DNA of 63,478 nt, the filler included, from Nemertoderma westbladi (lineage: Eukaryota > Animalia > Xenacoelomorpha), in NCBI GenBank assembly GCA_032718475.1. It is 3 parts of 3 records of this genome, joined end to end, with 100 filler letters (N's around TTAATTAATTAA, not from the genome) between each part and the next. Parts side by side here need not be neighbours in the genome. Positions count along the whole stretch, not along the records: positions 1 to 24,448 come from JAUCBJ010008096.1; 2 more parts are not named here. The stretch is one strand, 5' to 3'. The notes under the pieces were generated by a model. That model ran no database searches. It was not told the DNA's origin and saw only the letters and a program-made list of their open reading frames with translations. Each line of letters starts with the position of its first letter. Position 1 is the stretch's first letter. The position numbers and the translations under genes were made by a program. Positions 11,726 through 23,314 of this stretch are shown here, piece by piece.

Positions 11726-12835
11726 ATGCCTGAGCTAACTTAGCGAAGCGTTCTGCAATCCCAGGAGTTCCCGGTTCAAATGTTTTAGTTGTTGACGCTA
11801 TCTGCTGATCAATTTCCTCCAACCGTATTAGTGCCTAAGGAATATTAAAAAATGATGTTATTAGTGTGATAATGAATGATATTTCTACAATAATCATTTT
11901 TCGAAGTGCGGTTTTACAATCTGTACTAAATCAACCATATGACCTCAGCAGTTCTCAGTAAATGTCTTCGCACCTTCAGTTTTTACCGTTGAATTTCACT
12001 TCCACGCCGCGCTTTACGCGGCCAATTCATGTCATTTAATTTAAACCACTCCCGGTTGAAGTTAGTGTCATGCATGGTGAGGGTGTGAACTGTGTTTTTT
12101 ATAGATTGCCTGATTTTGGTGAGTCACCGTTGCCCAAGTAACTGTATTCTCACACACCATTGGGTGAGTATTCCCACACCACCACCGTAGCATTTACCAC
12201 AGTGGAATCGCTACTGAATTGAATATATTGCAGAGCGTTCCAATCAAATACGCTACTGAGTACAGAACAACACATAAATCCTCAGTTGAACGGTAATGAC
12301 CCCGTTACGCCCTCTCCTACAGAATAAGTAGAACTTATTATTTTTCTTCATAATATCGTTTGTTCTCAGTCCATACCACAGGTTTAGTATAATTAGTTCA
12401 GCTTCTGTGAATTCAGTAGCGGAAATTATTACCGCAATCTACTACGTTTTCAAAGAAACTGTACTCGTAATCACATGACTACAATGGTCGGGTGATGGGG
12501 GATGGAAATCTCCATCTTGTGTAACCAGACAAAAAGACTCCACTGTACGCATGAACTCTAAAGTGGCGCCGCAATTCTCTTTGTAACATATGTGAGTTTG
12601 TGTTACTGTATTTGTTGCTTCTGGTCAAGACAATGAAATACCATGCAATTGTATTTTTTTTAATAAAATAAAACAAGGAAATTAATCCAAACACCAGATT
12701 GCCGGATATTACGTCAAACTGACAAGATATTATATAACAATTGTAACTATAATTAAAAATCTCATAATGCGATAAAAATATATAACATTAAATTCCATAA
12801 ATAAAAATTAGTATATGCGCGAAGATTTTATAAAG

Positions 12836-12916
12836 ATGACGAAGTTAACGGTGTTCCTAGTTCTGTTTGCGTTGGTTGTCTTTATGGACCAGCCTTCCGT
12901 GGTAACATCGGGTCTA
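12836..12916 (+). CDS. Knottin-like secreted peptide gene 1, coding exon 1 (signal peptide MTKLTVFLVLFALVVFMDQPSVVTSGL)
   Basis: aaagATG start context, hydrophobic core, perfect GTAAGT donor at 12917 (phase 0), and a paralogous exon at 17652. Confidence 0.88.
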
Positions 12917-13553
12917 GTAAGTTAATTAATTATGTTCAAATAGAGGTAGAGCCGTTAATTTTGATATCACCAGCAAGTTTGTAGATTTCGTTGATAAATG
13001 TCAGAAATATACGGTGGATGAAAGCTACCGAAATAATTTACTGCTTTATACTTTTGACCAGGAAGTTATCTCTCTTAAACCATTAACCTCATCATTGAAC
13101 ACTGTATAGACAACTATTTTAAATATGTTGGAGATACAGTATTTGTATTATTTGTACAGCAGAAAAATCATCAAAATGACACTATGGTCATGGTGACTTG
13201 AAATGTTATTATTATTATATTATTATATATTATATATTTTTACAAGAAAGAAACAAGTTGATAAATGCACAAATGAATTAATCAAATATTGAATATACTG
13301 GCGCTGGGGGCCATAACCCTCTATCAAAAAAAGAAAATGGACAATAAAGTAAACACAAATGCAATTACTGAATGTAGAATGTTACTGAATGTACTGAATG
13401 TTATTGGAGAATCACCCGGAGAATGCATCGCGCGACTATCCAATGAAATCATTTGGGTCTACCTTGATGTACATCGCATATAATAGGGCCTAGAATGTAC
13501 AGTTGTATCGGAAGAAAGACCTTCCACAAGAATTGAATAACATCGGTTGTGTG

Positions 13554-15662
13554 TTTTCGATGTTGTGCTAAGGTTTTCGATGTTCTGCTAAGGTTTTCGG
13601 TGTTCTGCTAAGGTTTTCGGTGTTGTGCGAAGGTATTCGATGTTGTGCGAAGGTTTTCGATGTTGTGGGTAGTTTTTCGAGGTGCTTTGTAGTTTATTGA
13701 TGTTGTGCGTAGGTTTTCGATGTTGTGGGTAGTTTTTCGAGGTGTTTTGTAGTTTATTGATGTTGTGCGTAGGTTTTCGATGTTGTGGGTAGTTTTTCGA
13801 GGTGTTTTGTAGTTTATTGATGTTGTGCGTAGGTTTTCGATGTTGTGCTAAGGTTTTCGATGTTGTGCTAAGGTTTTCTATGTTGTGCTAAGGTTTTGAT
13901 GTTGTGCTAAGGTTTTCGATGTTGTGTTAAGGTTTTCGATGGATTGTGCTAAGGTTTTCGATGTTGTGCTAAGGTTTTCGATGTTGTGCTAAGGTTTTCG
14001 ATGTTGTGCGTAGGTTTTCGATGTTGTGGGTAGTTTTTCGAGGTGTTTTGTAGTTTATTGATGTTGTGCGTAGGTTTTCGATGTTGTGGGTAGCTTTTCG
14101 AGGTGTTTTGTAGTTCATTGATGTTGTGCGTAGGTTTTCGATGTTGTGGGTAGTTTTTCGAGGTGTTTTGTAGTTTATTGATGTTGTGCGTAGGTTTTCG
14201 ATGTTGTGGGTAGTTTTTCGAGGTGTTACGTAGTTTATTGATGTTGTGCGTAGGTTTTCGATGTTGTGGGTAGTTTTTCGAGGTGTTTTGTAGTTTATTG
14301 ATGTTGTGCGTAGGTTTTCGATGTTGTGGCTAGTTTTTCGAGGTGTTTTGTAGTTTATTGATGTTGTGCGTAGGTTTTCGATGTTGTGGGTAGTTTTTCG
14401 AGGTGTTACGTAGTTTATTGATGTTGTGCGTAGGTTTTCGATGTTGTGGGTAGTTTTTCGAGGTGTTTTGTAGTTTATTGATGTTGTGCGTAGGTTTTCG
14501 ATGTTGTGGCTAGTTTTTCGAGGTGTTTTGTAGTTTATTGATGTTGTGCGTAGGTTTTCGATGTTGTGGGTAGTTTTTCGAGGTGTTTTGTAGTTTATTG
14601 ATGTTGTGCGTAGGTTTTCGATGTTGTGCTAAGGTTTTCGATGTTGTGCTAAGTTTTTCTATGTTGTGCTAAGGTTTTGATGTTGTGCTAAGGTTTTCGA
14701 TGTTGTGTTAAGGTTTTCGATGGATTGTGCTAAGGTTTTCGATGTTGTGCTAAGGTTTTCGATGTTGTGCTAAGGTTTTCGATGTTGTGCGTAGGTTTTC
14801 GATGTTGTGGGTAGTTTTTCGAGGTGTTTTGTAGTTCATTGATGTTGTGCGTAGGTTTTCGATGTTGTGGGTAGTTTTTCGAGGTGTTTTGTAGTTTATT
14901 GATGTTGGGGTAAGGTTTTCGATGTTGTGCTAAGGTTTTCGATGTTGTGCGTAGGTTTTCGATGTTGTGGGTAGTTTTTCGAGGTGTTTTGTAGTTCATT
15001 GATGTTGTGCGTAGGTTTTCGATGTTGTGGGTAGTTTTTCGAGGTGTTTTGTAGTTTATTGATGTTGGGGTAAGGTTTTCGATGTTGTGCGTAGGTTTTC
15101 GATGTTGTGGGTAGTTTTTCGAGGTGTTACGTAGTTTATTGATGTTGTGCGTAGGTTTTCGATGTTGTGGGTAGTTTTTCGAGGTGTTTTGTAGTTTATT
15201 GATGTTGTGCGTAGGTTTTCGATGTTGTGGGTAGTTTTTCGAGGTGTTTCGTAGTTTATTGATGTTGTGCGTAGGTTTTCGATGTTGTGGGTAGTTTTTC
15301 GAGGTGTTTCGTAGTTTATTGATGTTGTGCGTAGGTTTTCGATGTTGTGGGTAGCTTTTCGAGGTGTTTTGTAGTTTATTGATGTTGTGCGTAGGTTTTC
15401 GATGTTGTGGGTAGCTTTTCGAGGTGTTTTGTAGTTTATTGATGTTGTGCGTAGGTTTTCGATGTTGTGGGTAGTTTTTCGAGGTGTTTCGTAGATTATT
15501 GATGTTGTGCGTAGGTTTTCGATGTTGTGGGTAGTTTTTCGAGGTGTTTCGTAGTTTATTGATGTTGTGCGTAGGTTTTCGATGTTGTGGGTAGCTTTTC
15601 GAGGTGTTTTGTAGTTTATTGATGTTGTGCGTAGGTTTTCGATGTTGTGGGTAGTTTTTCGA
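13554..15662. repeat. Intronic satellite: 20-bp subunit ggttttcgatgttgtgc(g/t)a organised in a 60-bp higher-order unit
   Basis: Tandem periodicity is directly visible, with near-identical 60-bp lines. Confidence 0.95.
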
Positions 15663-15770
15663 AGTTCTTTTTCAACGTTTCATGTGGTTGTCACGAGTGA
15701 TGCAGGGCAGCTAGTGTATAGGTCTGAGGAACATTACAGCCGTTACTAAATAAATCATTTTATTTTGCAG

Positions 15771-15884
15771 GCGCGGTTGCGTCAGACATTCACGATCTGT
15801 CTAACGGCTGGAAGTGATTGTAACCCGGGTGCAGACCAGTGTTGTGGTGGTTGCGGTGGTAATAATAAGTGCAGCACTAACTAG
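15771..15884 (+). CDS. Knottin-like secreted peptide gene 1, coding exon 2 (ARLRQTFTICLTAGSDCNPGADQCCGGCGGNNKCSTN*)
   Basis: Acceptor ttttattttgcag at 15770, phase 0 matches exon 1, pattern C-x6-C-x6-CC-x2-C-x5-C, stop TAG at 15882-15884. Confidence 0.88.
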   Translation, partial: ARLRQTFTICLTAGSDCNPGADQCCGGCGGNNKCSTN

Positions 15885-17651
15885 TGTCAATGTTGTTTAT
15901 TCTCTGACAAGCGGCTTTGACAACGAAACTCCAACGAAACGAATAATATTTAATACTATATTATATTATGTAATAGTGGTGATGGTGTAAATATCTCAAT
16001 AATTAACATTAATTATTTTTAACGCAGGGGAAACGTAGATGACGATGAATTATAATAATGAGGCGAAAACATATACGATATTTCCTATAAAAAACATTAA
16101 AAAAAACTCTAATTAACTTTTACTAACGCATATTTGTAAAAACATATACTACCATGGCCTACTATATATACGGCCTCAATGTTGTCGATTTGGCCTAAAA
16201 AAAAAAGGCCAGTTTTTTTTTACACTATTTTGATATGGGGAGAGTTCTATAAATTTTCATTTGCTGCAATTTGGTCAACGGTCGTAATTGAAGCATCCTC
16301 GTTAAGTAAGATACAAAATTTTATGGTAGCTAGTGTTTTAGGTAGGTTTAGCTAGTAATTTCAACACTGATTCCGACCTCCCTCTATAAATATTTTGTAG
16401 TAGCTAGTATAATATGTGGTATAGAGTCTGATTGGAGATGTGTTCATTGTTCTTGACACAATAAACCCGGCGCAGCATTCTTGTATTCGGTATAGTAAAA
16501 TAAAGTGATACTTTAGTTCATTAGCAATACTTAATTTCCCTAGATTAGTGATATAAAGACTTTCTATCAATAAAATATGTTGCAATATAGTATTCAGTTA
16601 TAAACTATTTAATCATTTCGACAACGTAATGTGATAGTATAAAGGTCAAAAGGTCAAATTCAAATAAAGACTAAAATTTTGGAACTGGCGTATCTCTTTT
16701 TGCTCACATTAGACTGTAGTGGTCTCACCGATACAGCGGTCGAATTGGAACCTGGCTTCACCGATACAGCGGTCGAATTGGAACCTGGCTTCGCTTCAGC
16801 TGCGGAAGTAAAGATCAGTTACCGAGTGAGTAATTTACCCTTGGGTTGGTACATTTGTCGCCTTTGTTGTCATACATCCTTTGTAGATACCAACTCGTGA
16901 ACACTCTAACTCTTAAGTTGTATCCATCAGATCAGCTTGAAAGAAATTCCATTCCGATTGAGTGTTAAAGTAGAGGAAGTACAGATCTTATAAACTTTGG
17001 TAATTGTTGCCCAAGCTTTGGATCCATCATTTTCCTTTGGAGCCAATGTATGAGATTTGGATCCACGAGCCATCATGTCATTCCATCCATCGAGCGATTT
17101 TCAAAGTAGTAATTATTATAATGAAACACTGTAAGCCGCTTCCTTCAAACTAGGCAACAAAAAGTAAGACAACTAGTGACAGTTGACAGTAAACCCTTCC
17201 TACCAGTTAGTTGTGCGGCTATCAAATAACTTTAATTGATTTCGGCTCGGAATCCTCATCAATGGATAAGAACGTAACCGTTGACAAACCAACACCAGTT
17301 GCACCGAAGTCAAACAATTTTAAGAAAGCGATAAAAAAAAACTCCACTACACACACGGATACTTAGTAGAGTGGCGCCACCATTCTCTCTGTAACATATG
17401 CGCGTTTACGATACCAAATACATTAAAGACAATTACACAGTAATTTCCTATTATTTAACTGTGTAAAAGGGACCGCAGATTGGGCGAAATATCAAAGGAA
17501 AAGCTGTCACATTGGTTTATATAATCACAACGTTTATCGAATTCAAACATTTCGAAGTATTTTTATTTTATTGTTGCAATAAAAAGACACTATTATTCAA
17601 TAAATAAACAATAGCCCTATTGCCTTGTTTGTATACAAACATTTTAGAAAG

Positions 17652-17732
17652 ATGTCTAAACTAGCAGTGTTCCTAGTTCTGTTTGCGTTGGTGGTGTTTA
17701 TGGACCAGCCATCCTTGGTCACATCGGCGCCA
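17652..17732 (+). CDS. Knottin-like secreted peptide gene 2, coding exon 1 (signal peptide MSKLAVFLVLFALVVFMDQPSLVTSAP)
   Basis: aaagATG start context, GTAAGT donor at 17733, 22/27 aa identical to gene 1 exon 1. Confidence 0.88.
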
Positions 17733-17867
17733 GTAAGTTATTTCAGCACGTAATAGAGAATGCAAGTCATTTTATAATATTGCGATTATTTTAACTTTTA
17801 ACAAGGATTGTAGTAGAAGCGATTAATATAATATAAACTCTCCAAGGTTCCGTTACCATTAGTACAT

Positions 17868-18180
17868 CGGTAGAACGGTGTAGAGGGTAGTCGACATGGT
17901 TTCTCTATCTACACAAAACTCTCTTGGGATTATCCACATATCTCCGAAGGTTGTGGGTTCGACCCTCTCTGGCCTACCTGACTTCTGACTACCCTGGCAC
18001 CTATGCCAGGGTAGCTTTAGCTTCGGCACTAATGATTTTAAGGGACTTGCCAGAACTTATCTGTGCCTTGCATCTTTAAATGTAGCTAAATGAGTACTGG
18101 AGATTCCTCTGGGGAGTATAAGTTCTGGGGGGACCGCAATGAAATAAATCGACAAACTTTGTGCGTAATCCCTGGCCTAA
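17868..18180 (+). mobile_element. tRNA-derived SINE, diverged copy
   Basis: B-box-like gggttcgacc; body ttcggcac...gccttgcatc..gtagctaaatgagtactggag..cctctgggg..aaactttgtgcgtaatccctggccta is shared with 47000-47248 and 50951-51138. Confidence 0.7.
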
Positions 18181-19052
18181 TGGTTTAAGTTAAATTTCCT
18201 TTTTACTTTAACCCCACATAGTAAAATAATGTAGCACATAATATTACTGTTACTATACGCAAATGCATTCTTTGATAACTGTAGACCATTTCACCGATAG
18301 AATTATCCTGTGACAGATATAATGTTCTGTTATGGTAGATAATAAACTTCTCAAGGTTGAATCAATTTCCTACACCAACACAACAGTGCTGCTAATGAAA
18401 CTGTTGATGTACAGTATAATAAGGATAGTACAATAATCTTCAAAGAGCTGCTTATGGGATAGAACAACAGGCTTTTCTTCCATTATTCCTAGAGAGTTAA
18501 ATGCATGTTTCCCTTTCAGATCAAGCATGCCTTGTGAGAAATTCTCAGTCCAGCGAGAAATTCAGGAAATTTTCAGGAATTCACCCCTTTTGCTAAGGGT
18601 CAAGGCTGAATCATCGTCGTTGAAGCACTCGACCACGCAGTCAGTGTTTGGCACTCACTTCACACAATGAGAGTTAGGCATTCACACCCCCATAGTTAGG
18701 CATTCACACAGTCAGAGTTGGGGACTCACTTCACACAATGAGAGTTAGGCATTCACACCCCATAGTTATTAGGCATTCACACAGTCAGGTTTACACATTC
18801 ACACAGTCAGAGTTAGTTAGGTATTGAGTAAATTGAAATCTGCTGCGACTTGGTAAGCTATTATTCTTCTTGCTTACTGGAAGAAAGAGCCAACCAAATG
18901 TTATATCAGAAACTAACAGCAGAATCTCCAGGTGTAACGGGTGCGGTGGCAGTATATAAAGTTAGAGAAGACCACCAATAATAGTCCTATTCTACATATA
19001 TTTATTATTATTATTATTATTATTATGACTATCTTGATTAATAAAAATGTAT

Positions 19053-21578
19053 GCCCATGTGAAGAATACCAGGATTTCACTTTTCGGTCGACTTTTTATT
19101 GGAATTTTATATATGAAGATTATTTATTCTTTTAAATTTATCTTTCTTAAGTGTTTTATAGCGCTTATTTCTGTTTATATTATTATTTTTCACTTATTCA
19201 GAATACTAATTCGTTTATTGTTTTGGTTAGATTCAGCCCTTCTGTAACCTGTGTTTTTGGTGAAAGTCTGGTATTCTTCACATGGGGTAACCGCAGCAAA
19301 GTGTGACGGGATCCGAGTTGGCAAAAGAAACCGACCGGTGTGTGTGTGTTTGAGTCGTATGGAGAATACGCGTCGCCGCGTTTGCTAGGCTACTGAAAGG
19401 CTGTGGTTGGAACTGAAAGGCCGAAGGCCGTTGAAATAACTGAGTTTGTAGTTATTGCTGTTCGTAATATCTGATAGTCAGTCTAATATAACACGAAGTG
19501 GGGCCTTCGCGCAGCACGTGACTTAAATTTAATTTAAGTACTAATTCGAAAGTATTACTGTATTAGCAAATTTTAAGCAGATTTCGCCTAATCACTTTTT
19601 ACCTCTTTCATTTCTATTCAGACATTTCTGACTCTAGCGGTATAGTGAGAACTGAAGATGGATTAGGGTCTCCAGCCCCACAAAGACACAGCCTATGGAT
19701 GAATAGTACATACGTACATCGGCCAAGTTTCATCTTGAATAACGGATAACGAAATGAGAGACGGATCTCACTTTCAGAAATTTCGTCGTATAGCGGCAGA
19801 CCGATTAAATCTCTCCCCCCCCCCCCCCCCCCCCCCACAAAGACGCAGCATGTGGTCCAGAATATATGGCAAGATTCAGCTTAAACTGATTAAAATCAAT
19901 GAGACGGGAGAATCTATTCACTTTCAGGCATAAAGTAGTCCTATAGCGGGTGACTGTTGAACTGATTTTCAACAAAACAAATTTTCAACTTGGCAGCTTT
20001 AAATTCGACAAAGTTATAAGCATGTCAATATCATAACGACGACAACGATTTCACTTTCAGACATTTGGCCCTCTAGCGGCAGACTGGAGAACTGCAGATG
20101 GATTCGCCTCCTTTGAAAGTCACAGCTAATGGTCTAATACATATCTGCCAAGTTTCAGCTTAAACGGATTAAAAGCAAAGAAATGGGAGGGCATTTAATG
20201 TTTAGACATGTGGCCCTCTAGCGGGAGACCATTGCACTGATGGTGTCTGAAAGTCTCTCAAAAATCTCAACTTTAGTTCATATTGATACCTACAAATTTT
20301 CAACTTGGCAGCTTTAAATCCGACAAAGTTATTAGCATGTCAAAATCGTAACGACGACAACGATTTCACTTTCAGACCTTTGGCCCTCTAGCGGCAGACT
20401 GGAGAACTGCAGATGGATTCGCCTCCTTTGAAAGTCACAGCTAATGGTCTAATACATATCTGCCAAGTTTCAGCTTAAACGGATTAAAAGCAAAGAAATG
20501 GGAGGGCATTTAATGTTTAGACATGTGGCCCTCTAGCGGGAGACCATTGCACTGATGGTGTCTGAAAGTCTCTCAAAAATCTCAACTTTTGCTCATATTT
20601 ATACCTACAAATTTTCAACTTGGCAGCTTTAAATCCGACAAAGTTATTAGCATGACAAAATCGTAACGACGACAACGATTTCACTTTCAGACCTTTGGCC
20701 CTCTAGCGGCAGACTGGAGAACTGCAGATGGATTCGCCTCCTTTGAAAGTCACAGCTAATGGTCTAATACATATCTGCCAAGTTTCAGCTTAAACGGATT
20801 AAAAGCAAAGAAATGGGAGGGCATTTAATGTTTAGACATGTGGCCCTCTAGCGGGAGACCATTGCACTGATGGTGTCTGAAAGTCTCTCAAAAATCTCAA
20901 CTTTTGCTCATATTGATACCTACAAATTTTCAACTTGGCAGCTTTAAATCCGACAAAGTTATTAGCATGTCAATATCGTAACGACGACGACGACGACGAC
21001 GACAACGACGACGACGACGACAACGACGACGACGACGACGACAACTATTTGCATAAATTGACCCACCCCCTAACAGTGTCAATTCGCTAAGGCTCCGCCA
21101 ACTTCGTGGCTCGCCCCACAATAGCAGTAATATTGACAGCGACCGACGACGGTTAAAAACCGTCTGACTTCTACACTCAATGTAGCCAACTGAAGCACAA
21201 TTAACAGAGTAACGGTTATATATATTACATGGGATACACATTCCTACCTAGGTTTGGCCTACCAGTATGAATGCGCGATAATTGATGGTAAAGCCGCCCC
21301 ATCATTGGTTGATCTATTCCCCAGCCAATCCCTATTTTCCCCTGGTCCTATGCTAGCTTCCCCCTGAGATGAGCTAATGTGCTGGCATCTCTCTCTAGCT
21401 GGCAATGTATATTGCCTTGGTGCCCTTGGTATGCGATATTATATTGGTAATATCGCATATCCAATCATGATTCGTAAATCATGCCTTTCCCCATTTTCCG
21501 CTGGGTGGTGCAGCGAATTGGATCCGCTAACACAAACTGAAATATAACGGCAGAAATTCTGGTATTCTTCACATGGGC
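19053..21578. mobile_element. Non-autonomous TIR element with nested insertion
   Basis: gcccatgtgaagaataccag at 19053, with inverted copies ending at about 19287 and at 21578 (ctggtattcttcacatgggc). Confidence 0.6.
19490..21122 (+). mobile_element. Helentron/HINE-like non-autonomous element with an internal 315-bp tandem array and (ACG)n microsatellite
   Basis: 5' gtggggccttcgcgcagcacg and 3' gctaaggctc..cttcgtggctcgccccac; these termini are shared with 41834-45005. attttcaact recurs at 19981, 20296, 20611 and 20926; (acg)n at 20981-21042. Confidence 0.65.
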
Positions 21579-21789
21579 CAAAACGTACTAATAATCCATA
21601 ATAAATTATTATAAATAGTATAAGACATTGCGCGTAGTTTCTAGTCGTGCATGGTTTTCGACGCTGATTGTGTAGTTTTTCGATGTTGTGTGTGGCTTCT
21701 CTTATAGACGACATAACAAGTCTGGTTTCTAGAAAATTAGTAATATTGATATCGTCAATGTATTTTCAACCCTCATTATTATTTTGCAG

Positions 21790-21900
21790 GCGCGGTTGCA
21801 TCAAACATTCATGATCTGTCTAACGGTTGGCAGCGATTGCACTCAGAACGCAGACCAGTGTTGTGGTACATGTGGGAATAATTCCAAGTGCGGCAATTAA
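21790..21900 (+). CDS. Knottin-like secreted peptide gene 2, coding exon 2 (ARLHQTFMICLTVGSDCTQNADQCCGTCGNNSKCGN*)
   Basis: Acceptor attattttgcag at 21789, phase 0, identical Cys spacing to gene 1, stop TAA at 21898-21900, AATAAA near 22077. Confidence 0.88.
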   Translation, partial: ARLHQTFMICLTVGSDCTQNADQCCGTCGNNSKCGN

Positions 21901-22299
21901 TAATGTCGAAGTTTAAGTGGCCATGGTAATATGATTATAAAACTGAATACCATTTACTTACAATATGTATCACATTATATCACATGTAAAACCTAGTCTC
22001 CAGTTGTAAATCTGACAAGGGGCCATGGTAAACTCTAACTGAATACCATTTACTTAGGTCTAATATATTTCTATTAAATAAAGGTGACGGTGTAAATATC
22101 TTAAGAACAAACAATAATTATTTTTAACGCAGAAGTAAAACGTGTATGCGTATGTGAGGACAGAAGTGATTCTAGTTTTATTCGAGTTATGAGTTATAGA
22201 ATAACAGATAATATATATTAATATTAATCAATGTCCTTTAATATAGGGCCTAGTGTCGTTATTAACTTTTACCCATCTTAATTCGTTTTAATTAAGCTT

Positions 22300-23302
22300 A
22301 TTTTTTCTACAAATCTTAATTATTAGACCGCATGAAATTTGAAACACAGATTGTTGGATGTGTGCTACCTCCTTGGGGGTGAGCCACAATTATTATTTCC
22401 GCTTTCAATCTTTAGCTACAAGCGTTTGAAAAAAGTGTCTCCCGCGATATTTCTTCACCAGTTAGACCGCAGTTATTCTTCTACCATACAGTGATTTGTT
22501 GGTACTGTTAGATAGCTGGCCGTGTAAGAATTCCAAATATGTAACACAATCTGAGCTTCGTCGTAAATTTAATGAGGAAGTTGCATGGTTTTGCACCTGC
22601 GCGAGGCTATTTTATTCTATTTAATAAATACACCAAATTCTGGAACCTTATTATATTTATCTCATAAGTATACAAAGGGTAAAGCTGACCGTGAAAAAAA
22701 TTATTGGGGTATAAGGTTATATTTCGGCCCATTAACCTTATACCACAATAATTTTTTCTCGTCACTGCACGGTCAGCTTTACCCTTTGTATATAATGATA
22801 GCAACAATGACAGGGGCACGCACATACTCACAAGTATCTCCTTGGCTGCATTGCACTTACACCACCTACATATAATACCAGTACATAGCCATTCCATGCA
22901 TAAACAACATATTCCATATAAAGTATTAATTAAATTGAATAATATAGCTGGCGCAGGCCTCATACAGATCGGCACATACTCATGGCTTGTAGCCATGCAA
23001 CTTTTGAACGCCCATATTCACAGCTACTTTACAACAAAATTTAAATAAATTATGTTACATGTTTGGAATCCTCCCATATGGCCAGTTTTCCATCGGTACC
23101 AACAAATCACAATAAGAACAAAGAATAACTGCGGTGGAACTGGTGCAATATCGCCGGAGGCAGGAGGCACCTAAACGCTTGTAGCTGAAGATTGAAAGGA
23201 AAAATACAAACTTACCTAGTGAGGTCACCCAGCAAGGAGGAGGGAGGTGAAACTATATATGTTTCAAAATTTAAGGAATCTCATTTAGATTTGTAGAAAA
23301 AT
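22300..23302. mobile_element. About 1-kb degenerate palindromic (foldback/MITE-like) element
   Basis: Nested inverted arms: ttttctacaaatct/agatttgtagaaaa, agctacaagcgttt/aaacgcttgtagct, gtgatttgttggtac/gtaccaacaaatcac, tatacaaagggtaaagctgaccgtg/cacggtcagctttaccctttgtata. Confidence 0.75.
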
Positions 23303-23314
23303 TTGGGTGTGGGA

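Noticed and set aside
16679-17080. Coding-looking segment between the knottin genes, with a 33-bp duplication
   Set aside because: No sustained ORF, splice pattern or recognisable motif; possibly a decayed TE.
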